Part shown: piece after piece, positions 22,336-32,508 of the stretch
How the letters are laid out: every line of letters begins with the position of its first letter
Numbering within the stretch: position 1 is the stretch's first letter
Position numbers and translations under genes: made by a program
Assembly (NCBI GenBank): GCA_020632195.1
Contig: JACKGA010000002.1
Location: 2,896-66,895 of the forward strand
Length of the DNA: 64,000 nt
Source: Candidatus Nomurabacteria bacterium
Lineage (GTDB): Bacteria > Patescibacteriota > Minisyncoccia > Phycocordibacterales > UBA1006
Reading direction: 5' to 3'
Notes under the pieces: generated by a model
Told to the model about the DNA's origin: nothing
The model's database searches: none
The model's input: only the letters and a program-made list of their open reading frames with translations

Positions 22336-22878
22336 TTATGGGTTGGTCCCTACTTGGAACCAGTTCATCATATTTTTGACAACGGTTACTTCATATTTCA
22401 CGCCTGTACGCTCCCATAGAACGTGCGACGTGACACGTACAGTCTCATCTTCTGGCCTTCCTTCAATCCAGATCGTCCGTATAAAAGGTGTTTGTTGTGC
22501 ACCATTATAGTAGCCATACCCTCGCACCGTATCGAGAGACATTCGATCACAATCCCCACTACATGAAACAGGAGAGCCTGAACTCATATATAACTCATGC
22601 GCTGACATCTGGCATCTCCCCGGGTCAAAACAATTATTTAGTCCGTCCATCCACGAAGCATAGACATCAATGAAATTATCATCACGCAATGCTTCAATGA
22701 TCTCTATTCCCTCTTGGGCAAGAAACTGTGCTGTAGAGCGCTGAGCAGCAACCGTAATGGACTGGATACCACGTGCTGAGATAACCATGAGCGCGACAAG
22801 GGACATGGAGAAAATAAATACAGCAACAAGTGTCTCGATGAGCGTGAGTCCGGATTGTCGTGAAGAAGGAGAAATCAT
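22336..22878 (-). CDS. Type IV minor pilin (prepilin-type N-terminal cleavage/methylation domain)
   Basis: SG|LTLIETLVAVFIF class III signal peptide. Confidence 0.7.
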   Translation of the reverse strand: MISPSSRQSGLTLIETLVAVFIFSMSLVALMVISARGIQSITVAAQRSTAQFLAQEGIEIIEALRDDNFIDVYASWMDGLNNCFDPGRCQMSAHELYMSSGSPVSCSGDCDRMSLDTVRGYGYYNGAQQTPFIRTIWIEGRPEDETVRVTSHVLWERTGVKYEVTVVKNMMNWFQVGTNP

Positions 22879-22889
22879 ATAAGGAAAAT

Positions 22890-23501
22890 TTACTCAATAA
22901 CTACAGGAATATCAAGCAGGCGCTGAGTCACACTACTTTGCAAAGTAATATCAGACACCTTGCCGCTGTTGAGAGTTGTTGCGTGGACTACAAAAGAGAC
23001 AAAAGGCTGTTCGGAGTCAGCAATATCAGCGTCAGCACCGCGAACCATGAAGGTAAGACTCTCGACATCAATAACATCGGGATCGGTGAGGTTGGTAAAA
23101 GTAGTATCTGCACAGGGAGCCATGCGACGACGCTGAATGATACCTTTTCCTGTACTGTCATCGAGGCGGTAGGTAACGGGACAACTTTCTTGGTTATGAA
23201 AAGAAAAAACTGAACCGTGCCCATCATTGCCATTTCCACCTTCGGTATAGTCGCTAGGATTTGAACTTTGGACATATTTTTGACCCGTCCTGATTTCACG
23301 CGCCATGGCATCGATAATAAAATTAAGACTATCGAGCGCTGTGCGCTCAGCTTGAGCTTGCTTGCTGGCTCCTACTGTCGAGAGCAGCGCTCCCATACCA
23401 ATAGTTGTAATGATGGCAAAAATCGCCACCGATGTCATAACCTCGATGAGAGTAAATCCATGTTGCTGCTTGTGAAGATGTCTTTCTTTCATACAGAACA
23501 C
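22890..23501 (-). CDS. Type IV minor pilin
   Basis: HG|FTLIEVMTSVAIFAII class III signal peptide. Confidence 0.7.
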   Translation of the reverse strand: MFCMKERHLHKQQHGFTLIEVMTSVAIFAIITTIGMGALLSTVGASKQAQAERTALDSLNFIIDAMAREIRTGQKYVQSSNPSDYTEGGNGNDGHGSVFSFHNQESCPVTYRLDDSTGKGIIQRRRMAPCADTTFTNLTDPDVIDVESLTFMVRGADADIADSEQPFVSFVVHATTLNSGKVSDITLQSSVTQRLLDIPVVIE

Positions 23502-24163
23502 TATGAATTACGCGTAAAAATATTACCCGTGGGCTCAATAATAATAGTCCTTTTTCGTGTGCCGCTTGTACTTTCTAAATGGATTTCAAGAGTCCCCTGA
23601 CACAGCCGCAGATACTGTATATCTGAACGCAAGTCAGTCACCGAACCAGTACATGATGACGAAGTAATCAAAGGCTCAGTATAAGGTCGACGGAAAGAAA
23701 TGGCTACTTCATCATGAAAATAATCACTAGAAGAACACCCCGAACCGTCATGAATACAGATACCAGTAATACTTCCGCCCATAATATCTGATCTCCTATC
23801 GATAATATCACCTGTATTTATGATACCAAGAATATCCGATACTGCCTGTGGAATCTCACGTACGATAAGTATGCGTGGCAAAAAAGTATTTCCTGTGTCT
23901 GGTTCAAAAATAACACTCATGGCCTGCTTATCTCCAGAAGACGCATCTATCGAAGAGCTCCCGAGTGTCTGCGCACGCTTGATCTCAAGAGCAATATCAA
24001 GTGCTAGATTATTGATATTGGTCGAATCATCAAAGCCTTGAAAATTATACAGAGAAATAGATGCCATAATCGCAAAAATAATCATAATCACGATAAACTC
24101 AATGACGGTAAAGCCTTTTTGTTTATTCTTCTTTTTCAGATTGTGAAACAGATTTTTGAACAT
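23501..24163 (-). CDS. Type IV minor pilin (FimT/GspH-like)
   Basis: KG|FTVIEFIVIMIIFAIM class III signal peptide. Confidence 0.65.
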   Translation of the reverse strand: MFKNLFHNLKKKNKQKGFTVIEFIVIMIIFAIMASISLYNFQGFDDSTNINNLALDIALEIKRAQTLGSSSIDASSGDKQAMSVIFEPDTGNTFLPRILIVREIPQAVSDILGIINTGDIIDRRSDIMGGSITGICIHDGSGCSSSDYFHDEVAISFRRPYTEPLITSSSCTGSVTDLRSDIQYLRLCQGTLEIHLESTSGTRKRTIIIEPTGNIFTRNS

Positions 24164-24192
24164 GAGTGTGTATCGATACTACCTTACATATC

Positions 24193-25017
24193 TTACAATA
24201 GTATACCAAGAAAATGAAAACCTAACACGTAGGCAATATACCCCGTAGCGAGAAAGGGGCCAAATGGAATTTCCGACTGGGCGAGTGTCGCTTTGAGTCG
24301 TGGCGAAGTAATCAGTCCCACGCTCACAGCACCACGCATTGCTAGAATGATCATACCGACGATCCCCCCGACCCAAAACCCCATCACAAGTGCCTCGATA
24401 CCCCCAAAAAGACCCAGCGAAAGACCCATCCACGCCATCATCTTGATATCGCCAAGTCCCATAACCCGCCCCCCTGAGATAACCCATAGAATAAAAAAGG
24501 GTAATGGAATGGCCACCAAAGCGATCAATCGATCCAAAATAAAGTTTCCAAAGATAGGATCATAGATATACCCTGCTGACCAGCCTAGAGACAAAATAGC
24601 TACCAAGGTAACTAAGACAAGCAACCCCACAACCGTATCAGGGATAATCATGTGACGCATGTCATAAAATATAATAAAAATGAGCAAAGCACCTATAATA
24701 AAAAGAAACATAAAGGGCCACCCCCACCCCACCGCGACAAAAAGCGACAAAGCCCATACAAGCATCATGAGCTCCACTATCAAATAGCGTATCCCCATAG
24801 CAACACCACAATATCGACATCGCCCACGCAAGGTAACAAAACTTACCAAAGGTACCAGATCGTACCAGGCAAGCGTGTGATTGCAGGTCATACATTGTGA
24901 GCGCCCATTCCAAGACTTGCCTGTATGGAAACGTGCCAGGGCCATATTGAGGAAACTCCCCACAATCAAAGCCATACCAGCGATATAGATAAGGATAAGT
25001 GTCTGTGGTTCAAACAT
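24193..25017 (-). CDS. pilD: Prepilin peptidase (A24 family)
   Basis: N-terminal CxxC...CxxC zinc motif (CMTCNH ... CRYCG), polytopic membrane protein, GLGDIKMMA aspartyl motif. Confidence 0.88.
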   Translation of the reverse strand: MFEPQTLILIYIAGMALIVGSFLNMALARFHTGKSWNGRSQCMTCNHTLAWYDLVPLVSFVTLRGRCRYCGVAMGIRYLIVELMMLVWALSLFVAVGWGWPFMFLFIIGALLIFIIFYDMRHMIIPDTVVGLLVLVTLVAILSLGWSAGYIYDPIFGNFILDRLIALVAIPLPFFILWVISGGRVMGLGDIKMMAWMGLSLGLFGGIEALVMGFWVGGIVGMIILAMRGAVSVGLITSPRLKATLAQSEIPFGPFLATGYIAYVLGFHFLGILL

Positions 25018-25032
25018 ACGAAGATACTATGA

Positions 25033-25590
25033 CTAAGTCGCCCCTACAACAAGATCATACCAACCCTCGGTATCCTTGTATTCTACGTGGCTCCCCGTAC
25101 TCCAGCTTCCATTCCCGCCAAAATCGCTATCTTCATTGAGAAACCCACTTGGCAAAAGAAGCTGTGTAGATAGGTGATATGCACTATACGCACCCGATGG
25201 GCTCGCATTATTTTGATTATTTTGAAGGGGGGTATATCGAAACTCAAGAGTACTATCATTGAGCTTCTGAGCAGTCTCAGGATCTAAAACCTGACCAAAT
25301 TCTAAAATACATCGTTCATACCCTGCCGATGAAGTCGAGCCTGGGTACGCATTGTTGACACTGCCCTCAAGTTCTTTGGGATACACCTTACACTGTGCAC
25401 GGTATTCCTCCAGAGCAATCTGTACATTACGGAAGTCTGAAATAGATATTTTATTTTGAGTATTTCTACGACTGCGTGTAAAGCTCGTCAATACAATGGA
25501 AAGAAGAATGGTCATAATGAAGAGGATAACCAAGAACTCCAATACCGTAAAACCTTTTGTGTCTTTTTGAAGAAAAGTGAAATATTTCAT
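25033..25590 (-). CDS. Type IV pilin-like protein
   Basis: KG|FTVLEFLVILFIMTILL class III signal peptide. Confidence 0.7.
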   Translation of the reverse strand: MKYFTFLQKDTKGFTVLEFLVILFIMTILLSIVLTSFTRSRRNTQNKISISDFRNVQIALEEYRAQCKVYPKELEGSVNNAYPGSTSSAGYERCILEFGQVLDPETAQKLNDSTLEFRYTPLQNNQNNASPSGAYSAYHLSTQLLLPSGFLNEDSDFGGNGSWSTGSHVEYKDTEGWYDLVVGAT

Positions 25591-25669
25591 GATTCTATTA
25601 TAACAAAAACAAGACCCGTATGTATACGGGTCTTGTACGAATAAGAATCAAAAATAATATAGATTAATA

Positions 25670-26074
25670 TTATTGATACGTACAGGGGTCAGAGAAGATA
25701 ACTGTTCCACTCTCAACCTTTGCCTCACAATTGACTGCCCCAGAAACAGGTCTAATTGGACCGACAGAAAAGACCCCTGATTGATCACCACAGCCAGCAT
25801 TATCAATATTTGAAGCTCCAATAGAATCCCAATCAACATTTTTCGTTGATCCGCCACTAAGCACAGAACTATCTGTAAGGTTAAGCTTATCGTCATCACA
25901 AGAGATAACAAAATCAGCAGCAGCGCTACGTACTTCGGCTTGGAAAGCAGCAACTTTAGCTTTTTTCTGTGCTGGTGCCAATGAGGTAATAACAATCGCT
26001 GAAAGAATCGCAATAATCGCAATCACTACCAACAATTCGATAAGCGTAAAACCTTTTTGTAGTTTATTTTTCAT
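25670..26074 (-). CDS. Type IV major pilin candidate
   Basis: MKNKLQKG|FTLIELLVVIAIIAILSAIV is the canonical prepilin leader. 134 aa with C-terminal Cys residues. First pilin after pilC. Confidence 0.8.
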   Translation of the reverse strand: MKNKLQKGFTLIELLVVIAIIAILSAIVITSLAPAQKKAKVAAFQAEVRSAAADFVISCDDDKLNLTDSSVLSGGSTKNVDWDSIGASNIDNAGCGDQSGVFSVGPIRPVSGAVNCEAKVESGTVIFSDPCTYQ

Positions 26075-26149
26075 ATCTTTAAATTCGAGTTAAATAATAA
26101 TCAGTAATGATTTCATTATATCCTGCTTTGAGAAAGATGCAAAGCCTTT

Positions 26150-27355
26150 TTAAATACTCGTCGCAATATTGTAAATCGGAATCAAGATCGACGTGAGGAG
26201 AAAACCAACTCCGACACCCAGCACAATAATCATGGCCGGCTCGATCATCCCGATCAGGGTATCCACAGCATTGGAAACCTCGCGTTTATAAAAGCGTGCC
26301 AATGTTTTGAGAATTTCTCCAAGTGAACCTGTCTCCTCCCCCACCTTTACCATCTGGACGAGAATTGCTGGCATCTCTTCGTACTGAGCAAAAGTACTCG
26401 AAATAGCATTACCGGCCTTAACCCCTTCGACTGATTGTAAAAGGATATTTTCATAAATTTTACTATCTACCACACTACTCGTGATTTCAAGCGTACGTAC
26501 AACAGGAATCCCTGAGCTCAACATGGTGTTGATATTGTCAGCAATGCGCGAAAGATAAAGTTTTTTGTACAAATCTCCTACATAGGGAATATTGAGTTTG
26601 AGCGAATCGAGTTTTTCTTTTCCGCTCGCGCTACGTGAGAGATACCAAGCTGCTATACCAGCAATAATTACAAAAATAAGTATGAAAATACCGTACTGAA
26701 CAAAGAAATCACTCACCCAGATCACTGCTCGCGTGTAGATAGGGACATCTTGCCCTGATTCAATAATAATCGCCGAGAGTTTCGGGATCACCATTACCAA
26801 CATCAGTATCATTACCGCAACAAACGTAAAGATCACAAAGATAGGATAGACAAGCGCATTGCGTGTCTTTGATGTCAGTTCATATTGTCGCTCGAGATAT
26901 TCAGCAAGATATGTGAATGTGTCAGTTAGTTTTCCAGCCTCTTCTCCGGCTGCCACCATATTGACAAAGAAGTCCGAAAAGACTCGGGGGTGCTTGACCA
27001 TAGCTTGAGCAATCGTAATCCCTCCTTGGATATCTTGTGAGACACTTGATAATACGTCACGCAAAGTGGCATTCTCTGAATTCTCGGCTATAAGCGTAAA
27101 GGCCTGTACTGCTGAAACTTGTGCTTCAAAAAGTGTCGAAAGCTGTCGCGACATAATCACGATTTCTTTCAAGGGGACCTTATCAAAAAATGGAATACTT
27201 TTTTTGAGCGCACCACGATCATCCTTTTTCTCGACACTCACGACGACGAAACGACGCCGTTGCAATGACGAAACCGCCACATCTTTACTGACGGCTTCGA
27301 TACTTCCTGTTTGTGTTTGTCCTTTGTCATCGATGACTTTATAAGTAAATAGCAT
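26150..27355 (-). CDS. pilC: Type IV pilus platform protein (GspF/PilC family)
   Basis: 401 aa with two T2SSF repeats and 3 TM helices. Lies between pilT and the pilins. Confidence 0.88.
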   Translation of the reverse strand: MLFTYKVIDDKGQTQTGSIEAVSKDVAVSSLQRRRFVVVSVEKKDDRGALKKSIPFFDKVPLKEIVIMSRQLSTLFEAQVSAVQAFTLIAENSENATLRDVLSSVSQDIQGGITIAQAMVKHPRVFSDFFVNMVAAGEEAGKLTDTFTYLAEYLERQYELTSKTRNALVYPIFVIFTFVAVMILMLVMVIPKLSAIIIESGQDVPIYTRAVIWVSDFFVQYGIFILIFVIIAGIAAWYLSRSASGKEKLDSLKLNIPYVGDLYKKLYLSRIADNINTMLSSGIPVVRTLEITSSVVDSKIYENILLQSVEGVKAGNAISSTFAQYEEMPAILVQMVKVGEETGSLGEILKTLARFYKREVSNAVDTLIGMIEPAMIIVLGVGVGFLLTSILIPIYNIATSI

Positions 27356-27370
27356 AAGCGTTTAAAAAAA

Positions 27371-28417
27371 TTACATGAGTTGCTGCAGTCCTTTGGGGTT
27401 TAGTGAATAGCGCATTGCATCATCCAGCGTCACATGACCATTACGTACCAATGCAAGCAGAGAATGATTCATATCGATCATACCTTGCGATCGACTTGTC
27501 TCGATCACCGAATCGATTTCATGGGTGCGACCTTCACGGATAAGGTTGGCCACGGCATCATTATTGATCAAAAGTTCATATGCTGGGACACGCCCTCCCT
27601 GCAGGCTCGGAATCAAGCGCTGAGAAAAGATACCCAAAAGTGTATTGGAAAGCTGAACACGAATTTGATCTTGCTGTTCTGCTGGAAAGGAGTCGATAAT
27701 ACGGTCAATCGTCTGCGAAGCATTGTTGGTATGAAGTGTCGAAAAGACCAAGTGCCCTGTCTCGGCAGCCGTAACGGCTGTTTTGATAGTATCGGGACTA
27801 CGCATTTCACCCACCATCATCACATTGACATCTTGGCGGAACATAGCCTTAAGTCCAGATTCAAATGAGTGCGTATCAATACCTACTTCACGCTGATCAA
27901 TAATTGATTGTTTTTCATCAAAAATATATTCGATAGGATTTTCAATCGTTACGATATGCTCCTGCCGATTCTGGTTGATATATTCCAAAAGTGCTGCCAT
28001 CGTCGTCGATTTCCCTTGTCCCACTGGTCCGACGATAATAAAAAAGCCTTGTTCTTTATTGGCAAAATCGAGAAGCTGATCAGGAAGGTTCAATTCATCG
28101 AGAGCGCGGATGCGTTCAATAGCGCGCAAGGTAAAGGTAGGATATCCCGCACGAATATATGCGCTTCCGCGGAAACGTATGTTTTCTGCCGCATATTCAT
28201 AGGCAAAATCAATTTCTTCTTTATTCAAAACGCGACGAGCCCGATCTTCACCTACAAGTTCTACCAGCATGCGCAACAACATATCCTGGTCAACAATGTT
28301 TTCGCTACGTAATGCGATTAGGTCACCATTCACACGTATGTACGGATAACGCCCTACCGATACGTGCAAATCTGATGCGCCTTGGCTTTTGACAATAGAA
28401 AGAAGTTTCTGGATCAT
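27371..28417 (-). CDS. pilT: Twitching-motility retraction ATPase
   Basis: 348 aa. Walker A GPVGQGKST, Asp box, Walker B VMMVGEMR, His box TGHLVFSTLHT. PilT size class. Confidence 0.88.
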   Translation of the reverse strand: MIQKLLSIVKSQGASDLHVSVGRYPYIRVNGDLIALRSENIVDQDMLLRMLVELVGEDRARRVLNKEEIDFAYEYAAENIRFRGSAYIRAGYPTFTLRAIERIRALDELNLPDQLLDFANKEQGFFIIVGPVGQGKSTTMAALLEYINQNRQEHIVTIENPIEYIFDEKQSIIDQREVGIDTHSFESGLKAMFRQDVNVMMVGEMRSPDTIKTAVTAAETGHLVFSTLHTNNASQTIDRIIDSFPAEQQDQIRVQLSNTLLGIFSQRLIPSLQGGRVPAYELLINNDAVANLIREGRTHEIDSVIETSRSQGMIDMNHSLLALVRNGHVTLDDAMRYSLNPKGLQQLM

Positions 28418-28477
28418 ATAAAAATATTATAACGTATAATACAAAATTTAAGAAGTAAGATTGAGAATCGTCATGCT

Positions 28478-29077
28478 CTACTTTTCATCTTCATACACGA
28501 CCCACTGTGTTTCTGGGATCAGTAAATATTGATCGTCAGAATATTCTGGGTGTTCAGATTTGAATGTATCTAAATACTCTCGATAATCTTCATCCCAATG
28601 AACAAATCCGACGCATGGGATAATGCCAAATCCACGCTTCCAAATGGAATTATGGTCGGGGCGACTACGTGCGTATTCACACATGATGGAAAGCCCCGCC
28701 GAAGAGCCAATATAAAGCTTTCCGATAATGCTTTGCGCAAACAGATCCCGCACAGGATCTAGGTAATCGAGTAACATTTGCGTCGTACCGCCGCGCACGT
28801 ATATAACATCGGCTTGTTGTATTTGCTGGATAAAAATATCAAGGTCTTTATCGGCTACGATAAAATTTACTTTTCGATTACCTTCAGTATATCGGTCAAA
28901 ACGCTCTTGGTCCTGGCGAGCAGCTTCTTCCCAACGATCTTGAGTACGAGCGTAATATACAAGCAAAATTGTTGGTACATATTCGGTTTCAAAATCTGCA
29001 ACCCACGCTTGGTAGAATGTTTTGTTGTGCTCACTATCGGGCAATCCTGATTCGCCACCGTGGAAGATATATTTCAT
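28478..29077 (-). CDS. Peptidase S51 / type-1 glutamine-amidotransferase-like protein
   Basis: IYVRGGTTQML and YIGSSAGLSIM (nucleophile Ser) resemble dipeptidase E family motifs. Start moved to the ATG at 29077. Confidence 0.55.
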   Translation of the reverse strand: MKYIFHGGESGLPDSEHNKTFYQAWVADFETEYVPTILLVYYARTQDRWEEAARQDQERFDRYTEGNRKVNFIVADKDLDIFIQQIQQADVIYVRGGTTQMLLDYLDPVRDLFAQSIIGKLYIGSSAGLSIMCEYARSRPDHNSIWKRGFGIIPCVGFVHWDEDYREYLDTFKSEHPEYSDDQYLLIPETQWVVYEDEK

Positions 29078-29081
29078 ACGT

Positions 29082-29528
29082 CTACTGAATATCAAATTCT
29101 TGTACACATGACGCTACATCCCCAGACTCAACGATAATACGTGCTTGATAGGCGCGAGGCTCTTTTCCTTCACCCAATGGATATTCTTGGGCGACAGAAA
29201 TTGCTTCACTGTTTTCTCCTGTGTATTCAACCTGTGTAGTATTGAGATTGAAATTAACCTCGTTATCTATACACGCCTGTGAAAGATTAAGCATGTTCAA
29301 TATATCAATACGGAAGTTTTCAGTAATCTCTTCAACGGCTTCGTTTTCCAGATTTTCATCGCCTGATTGCGTTTCCAGATCAGAGGCGTCTGGTAGAACT
29401 GGTATTTCTTGATTATACAAAGAGCCTTCAGTAGCAATAGAAAAACGCTCTCTGACAAAGTAGATAGCAAACAAAATAATAATCAGCGCGAGTGTTGTGA
29501 ACGAAAGTCCTAAAATAGCTTTTTTCAT
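29082..29528 (-). CDS. Hypothetical membrane-anchored/secreted protein
   Basis: 148 aa with an N-terminal TM/signal (AILGLSFTTLALIIILFAIYF) and an acidic ectodomain. Confidence 0.5.
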   Translation of the reverse strand: MKKAILGLSFTTLALIIILFAIYFVRERFSIATEGSLYNQEIPVLPDASDLETQSGDENLENEAVEEITENFRIDILNMLNLSQACIDNEVNFNLNTTQVEYTGENSEAISVAQEYPLGEGKEPRAYQARIIVESGDVASCVQEFDIQ

Positions 29529-29557
29529 AAAAAAATAAATGATATTAAAACGAATAA

Positions 29558-31342
29558 TTATAGTTTGTTAACTTCACTCCAAGGAATTAATCCTTGCATT
29601 GATTTGAAAATACCATCTTCTTTCATGGTAATAAATCCACGAGAACGGGCAAGCTCGTAAATATCCTGTTCCGTTGGTGAGTTCAGGATCATGCGCTCAA
29701 TTTCATCATCGATTTCCAAAACTTCAAACACCCCCACACGCCCCTTCGTACCCACAGGACACGATGCAGTTGGTTGGGCATCATGAACAGGCTGATTGAG
29801 TGGCAATGCTTCACGGAAGCGCTGAGGAAGGTCTTCAAATTGCTTACTGATGAGCCCCTGCACGCCAGGGTCAGTATTCTGTATGGCGGCATCATCACAG
29901 ATGCGTCGTGCAAGACGTTGCCCCATAGTCATGATCAAAGTCGGCGCAATAAGATACGGATCAATACCCATATCGATCAGACGAGGGACGGCACCGATGG
30001 AGGTATTGGTGTGTAAGGTCGAGAATACCAAGTGTCCTGTCAGCGCAGCCTGGATGGCAAGCTCAGCGGTTTCTTTATCACGGATTTCTCCTACCATGAT
30101 GATATCAGGGTCTTGGCGCAAAATACTACGAAGCCCATTGGCAAACGTATAGCCAATTTCTGGGCGCACTTGAGACTGATTCACACCATTGATATTGTAT
30201 TCAATCGGATCTTCGAGCGATACCACATTGTGCGTCTCTCGATCAAGCTCCTGGAGCATGGAGTACAGTGTTGTCGATTTACCCGAACCGGTCGGCCCTG
30301 TGATAAGGATCATTCCGTACGGGCGCTTGATCATTTTGCGTACTGTTTCGAGATTAAATGCTGTCATTCCCGTTTCATCAAGCGTACCAATTCCCCGTCC
30401 TGGATCAAGAATACGAATCACTACCTTTTCTCCAAAAGCAGTCGGCATAGTCGAAACACGAAAATCGACTTTACGCCCATGAACTTTAGCAAAAAATCGA
30501 CCATCTTGTGGTTTGCGACGTTCATCAAGTTTGAGGTTTGCAAGAATCTTAACACGAGCAACGACCATATTGCGTACTTCTTTGGGGAGTGTATAACTCG
30601 TATGCAATTCCCCATCGACCCGCACCCGCACCCGCACATTATCAGAGGTGTGTTCGATGTGGATATCAGAAGCGCCTCCATCGATAGCATTGATCAAAAT
30701 AACCCCCACACGCTTAGCAATAGGAGCGTCTTCAACAATCATATTTTTATCTATTGATTGGTCTGCAGCATCAGCATCTTCGAGGATAGTTTCGAGATCT
30801 TTCAATTGATCTTCGGCGATGGAGTCAAGCGGTCCACCAATACTCTCTTCGCTATCACCCGAGAGACTTGTGGGTGATTGTACGTATGTCTGCATGATAT
30901 CCTTGAAGTCTTTGTAGGAAATAACGAAAAGTTCATACGGTGTCTGATTTTTAGAAAAAATAAATTGCAAAGCATTGATGACTTGACTATTCCCTGGATC
31001 CACAAGACCAACCTTGACGACTCCCTCTGGAGTAACGTCAAAAGCAATGGCCTGATATAGGCGTGCCGAGGCTTCAGGGATAAATCGTAATGATTCATAG
31101 CGAATAGCATCTGGGTCGATTACCGCTTCTGGGATATTAAAAAACTCACTTTTTGCAGCACGCACGATATCGGGATCAATCTCTTGAGCATCGAGGACCT
31201 CATCGATACTCATATCAGTTTCAGCGACCTTCTCAAGAACATCGTCGATAGCATAACGATCAAGGGCTCCTTTGTTTGCAAGAATATCAAGAAAAGACAT
31301 AGGTATGAGATGGTGCTCGTGAGATAATTCCGCTATCAGCAA
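29558..31342 (-). CDS. pilB: Type IV pilus assembly ATPase (GspE/PilB family)
   Basis: T2SSE_N-like N-terminus, Walker A GPTGSGKST, Walker B IIMVGEIRD, His box TGHLVFSTLHT. The start may be the internal ATG at 31300. Confidence 0.88.
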   Translation of the reverse strand: MLIAELSHEHHLIPMSFLDILANKGALDRYAIDDVLEKVAETDMSIDEVLDAQEIDPDIVRAAKSEFFNIPEAVIDPDAIRYESLRFIPEASARLYQAIAFDVTPEGVVKVGLVDPGNSQVINALQFIFSKNQTPYELFVISYKDFKDIMQTYVQSPTSLSGDSEESIGGPLDSIAEDQLKDLETILEDADAADQSIDKNMIVEDAPIAKRVGVILINAIDGGASDIHIEHTSDNVRVRVRVDGELHTSYTLPKEVRNMVVARVKILANLKLDERRKPQDGRFFAKVHGRKVDFRVSTMPTAFGEKVVIRILDPGRGIGTLDETGMTAFNLETVRKMIKRPYGMILITGPTGSGKSTTLYSMLQELDRETHNVVSLEDPIEYNINGVNQSQVRPEIGYTFANGLRSILRQDPDIIMVGEIRDKETAELAIQAALTGHLVFSTLHTNTSIGAVPRLIDMGIDPYLIAPTLIMTMGQRLARRICDDAAIQNTDPGVQGLISKQFEDLPQRFREALPLNQPVHDAQPTASCPVGTKGRVGVFEVLEIDDEIERMILNSPTEQDIYELARSRGFITMKEDGIFKSMQGLIPWSEVNKL

Positions 31343-31346
31343 TTTT

Positions 31347-31889
31347 TTACTGAATTACTTCGCTGCTATTACTCTCGGAATTACTTATAAAATCTTGAAG
31401 TGCTGATTCTCCCGTAGCCACAGGCGTGGTGTCAGAAGATTCTTCGGTTGTCGTAGTTGTGCTTGATGGAGTGGTTGTTGATGTCGTGCTGAAGACAGTA
31501 GTATCGAGAGCTGAATCCTGACCAATGGGCAAGAAAGGGTTTTCACGCCCTGGATTGCGATCATTGGCAAGTGTCGAGTTGATATCGCGTAAAAGATTGA
31601 AGGTAGGATTTCGGAAGATGCTATCATCAAGATCAATGGAAGACACACTTTGCAAAAGTGCGACAAGTTCGTCGGAGCGTCGTCCTGTAGATGTCGTATC
31701 GGCAAGAGAACCCGCAGAAACTTGACCACTTGATGATTGTGTTACGAGTCCCGTTGCAGGTGTCTGATTTTTACCTCCTGAGCGACCAATAATCATGACG
31801 ACAACAAACACCAAAACAGCTGCCCCGAGTATGATGAGAAGTGTCTTGAGTGAAGAGCGTTTTTTTGTTGAAGGATTTGAAGAAGGCAT
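31347..31889 (-). CDS. Hypothetical single-pass membrane protein with a Ser/Thr-rich tail (pilus-locus accessory)
   Basis: TM helix LLIILGAAVLVFVVVMII and a T/S-rich C-terminus. Lies between pilO-like and pilB. Confidence 0.45.
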   Translation of the reverse strand: MPSSNPSTKKRSSLKTLLIILGAAVLVFVVVMIIGRSGGKNQTPATGLVTQSSSGQVSAGSLADTTSTGRRSDELVALLQSVSSIDLDDSIFRNPTFNLLRDINSTLANDRNPGRENPFLPIGQDSALDTTVFSTTSTTTPSSTTTTTEESSDTTPVATGESALQDFISNSESNSSEVIQ

Positions 31890-31911
31890 ACAATAAAATA
31901 AAAGAGATGAA

Positions 31912-32508
31912 CTACTCAGTAATCGCGACCCCTCGACGGAGCCAGTAGGTCGCCATCGTTACTTGGAACTCGTAATAATCAGGAACTTCGACATTTCCCT
32001 CTCGATCACGGCGAGGTTGCTGAGAAAAATCAACTGATTGTATATCAATAATACGTAGACTCTTCTCTAGAGCATCAAGAAAATCGATGAAAGCGTCATA
32101 TGACCCAAGAGTGGAGAAATCAATCAGGATAGTTCCGAGTGGATTTGATACTTGCGCAGGGTCTGCAACTGCGTCTTGGGCTTCTTCCACTGATACGTCT
32201 TTGAGAATAAGGCCGTGCTCTGAGGCGAGTTGCTCAATATCAATAGAAACGAGCTTTACATTATCGACGTGCGATGGGAGCATCGTCTCAAGATTGGCAA
32301 GATCAGCCTGAGTAAATGCATTGTATCGGGCGAGTAACTGCTCACGCGCAGCACGCAACTCAGCAGCCTTTTGGAGTGCTTCTTCAAGTTCAGCGATATT
32401 TTCACGCAAGAGTTTGGTTTCTTGGTATCCAGGAGCAGCATACACCGCAATACCAACAGCAGATGCAACAATAAAGATAATTGAAACAATAGTTCTAAAC
32501 ATAGGCAT
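31912..32508 (-). CDS. pilO: PilO-like pilus assembly protein
   Basis: N-terminal TM helix, then a coiled coil (LRENIAELEEALQKAAELRAAREQLL), then an alpha/beta domain. Position after the pilM/pilN-like genes. Confidence 0.6.
   Translation of the reverse strand: MPMFRTIVSIIFIVASAVGIAVYAAPGYQETKLLRENIAELEEALQKAAELRAAREQLLARYNAFTQADLANLETMLPSHVDNVKLVSIDIEQLASEHGLILKDVSVEEAQDAVADPAQVSNPLGTILIDFSTLGSYDAFIDFLDALEKSLRIIDIQSVDFSQQPRRDREGNVEVPDYYEFQVTMATYWLRRGVAITE

Noticed and set aside
30032-30757. Large antisense or out-of-frame ORFs inside well-supported genes: 241 aa in pilB, 188 aa at 50031-50597 in uvrA, 175 aa at 55950-56477 in uvrB, 190 aa at 21202-21774 in ligA, 161 aa at 13331-13816 in aspS, and 124 aa at 25648-26022 over the major pilin.
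   Set aside because: Each overlaps a gene with clear family motifs on the other strand or frame. They have low-complexity or Cys/His/Arg-skewed composition and no independent start context. They are typical shadow ORFs.
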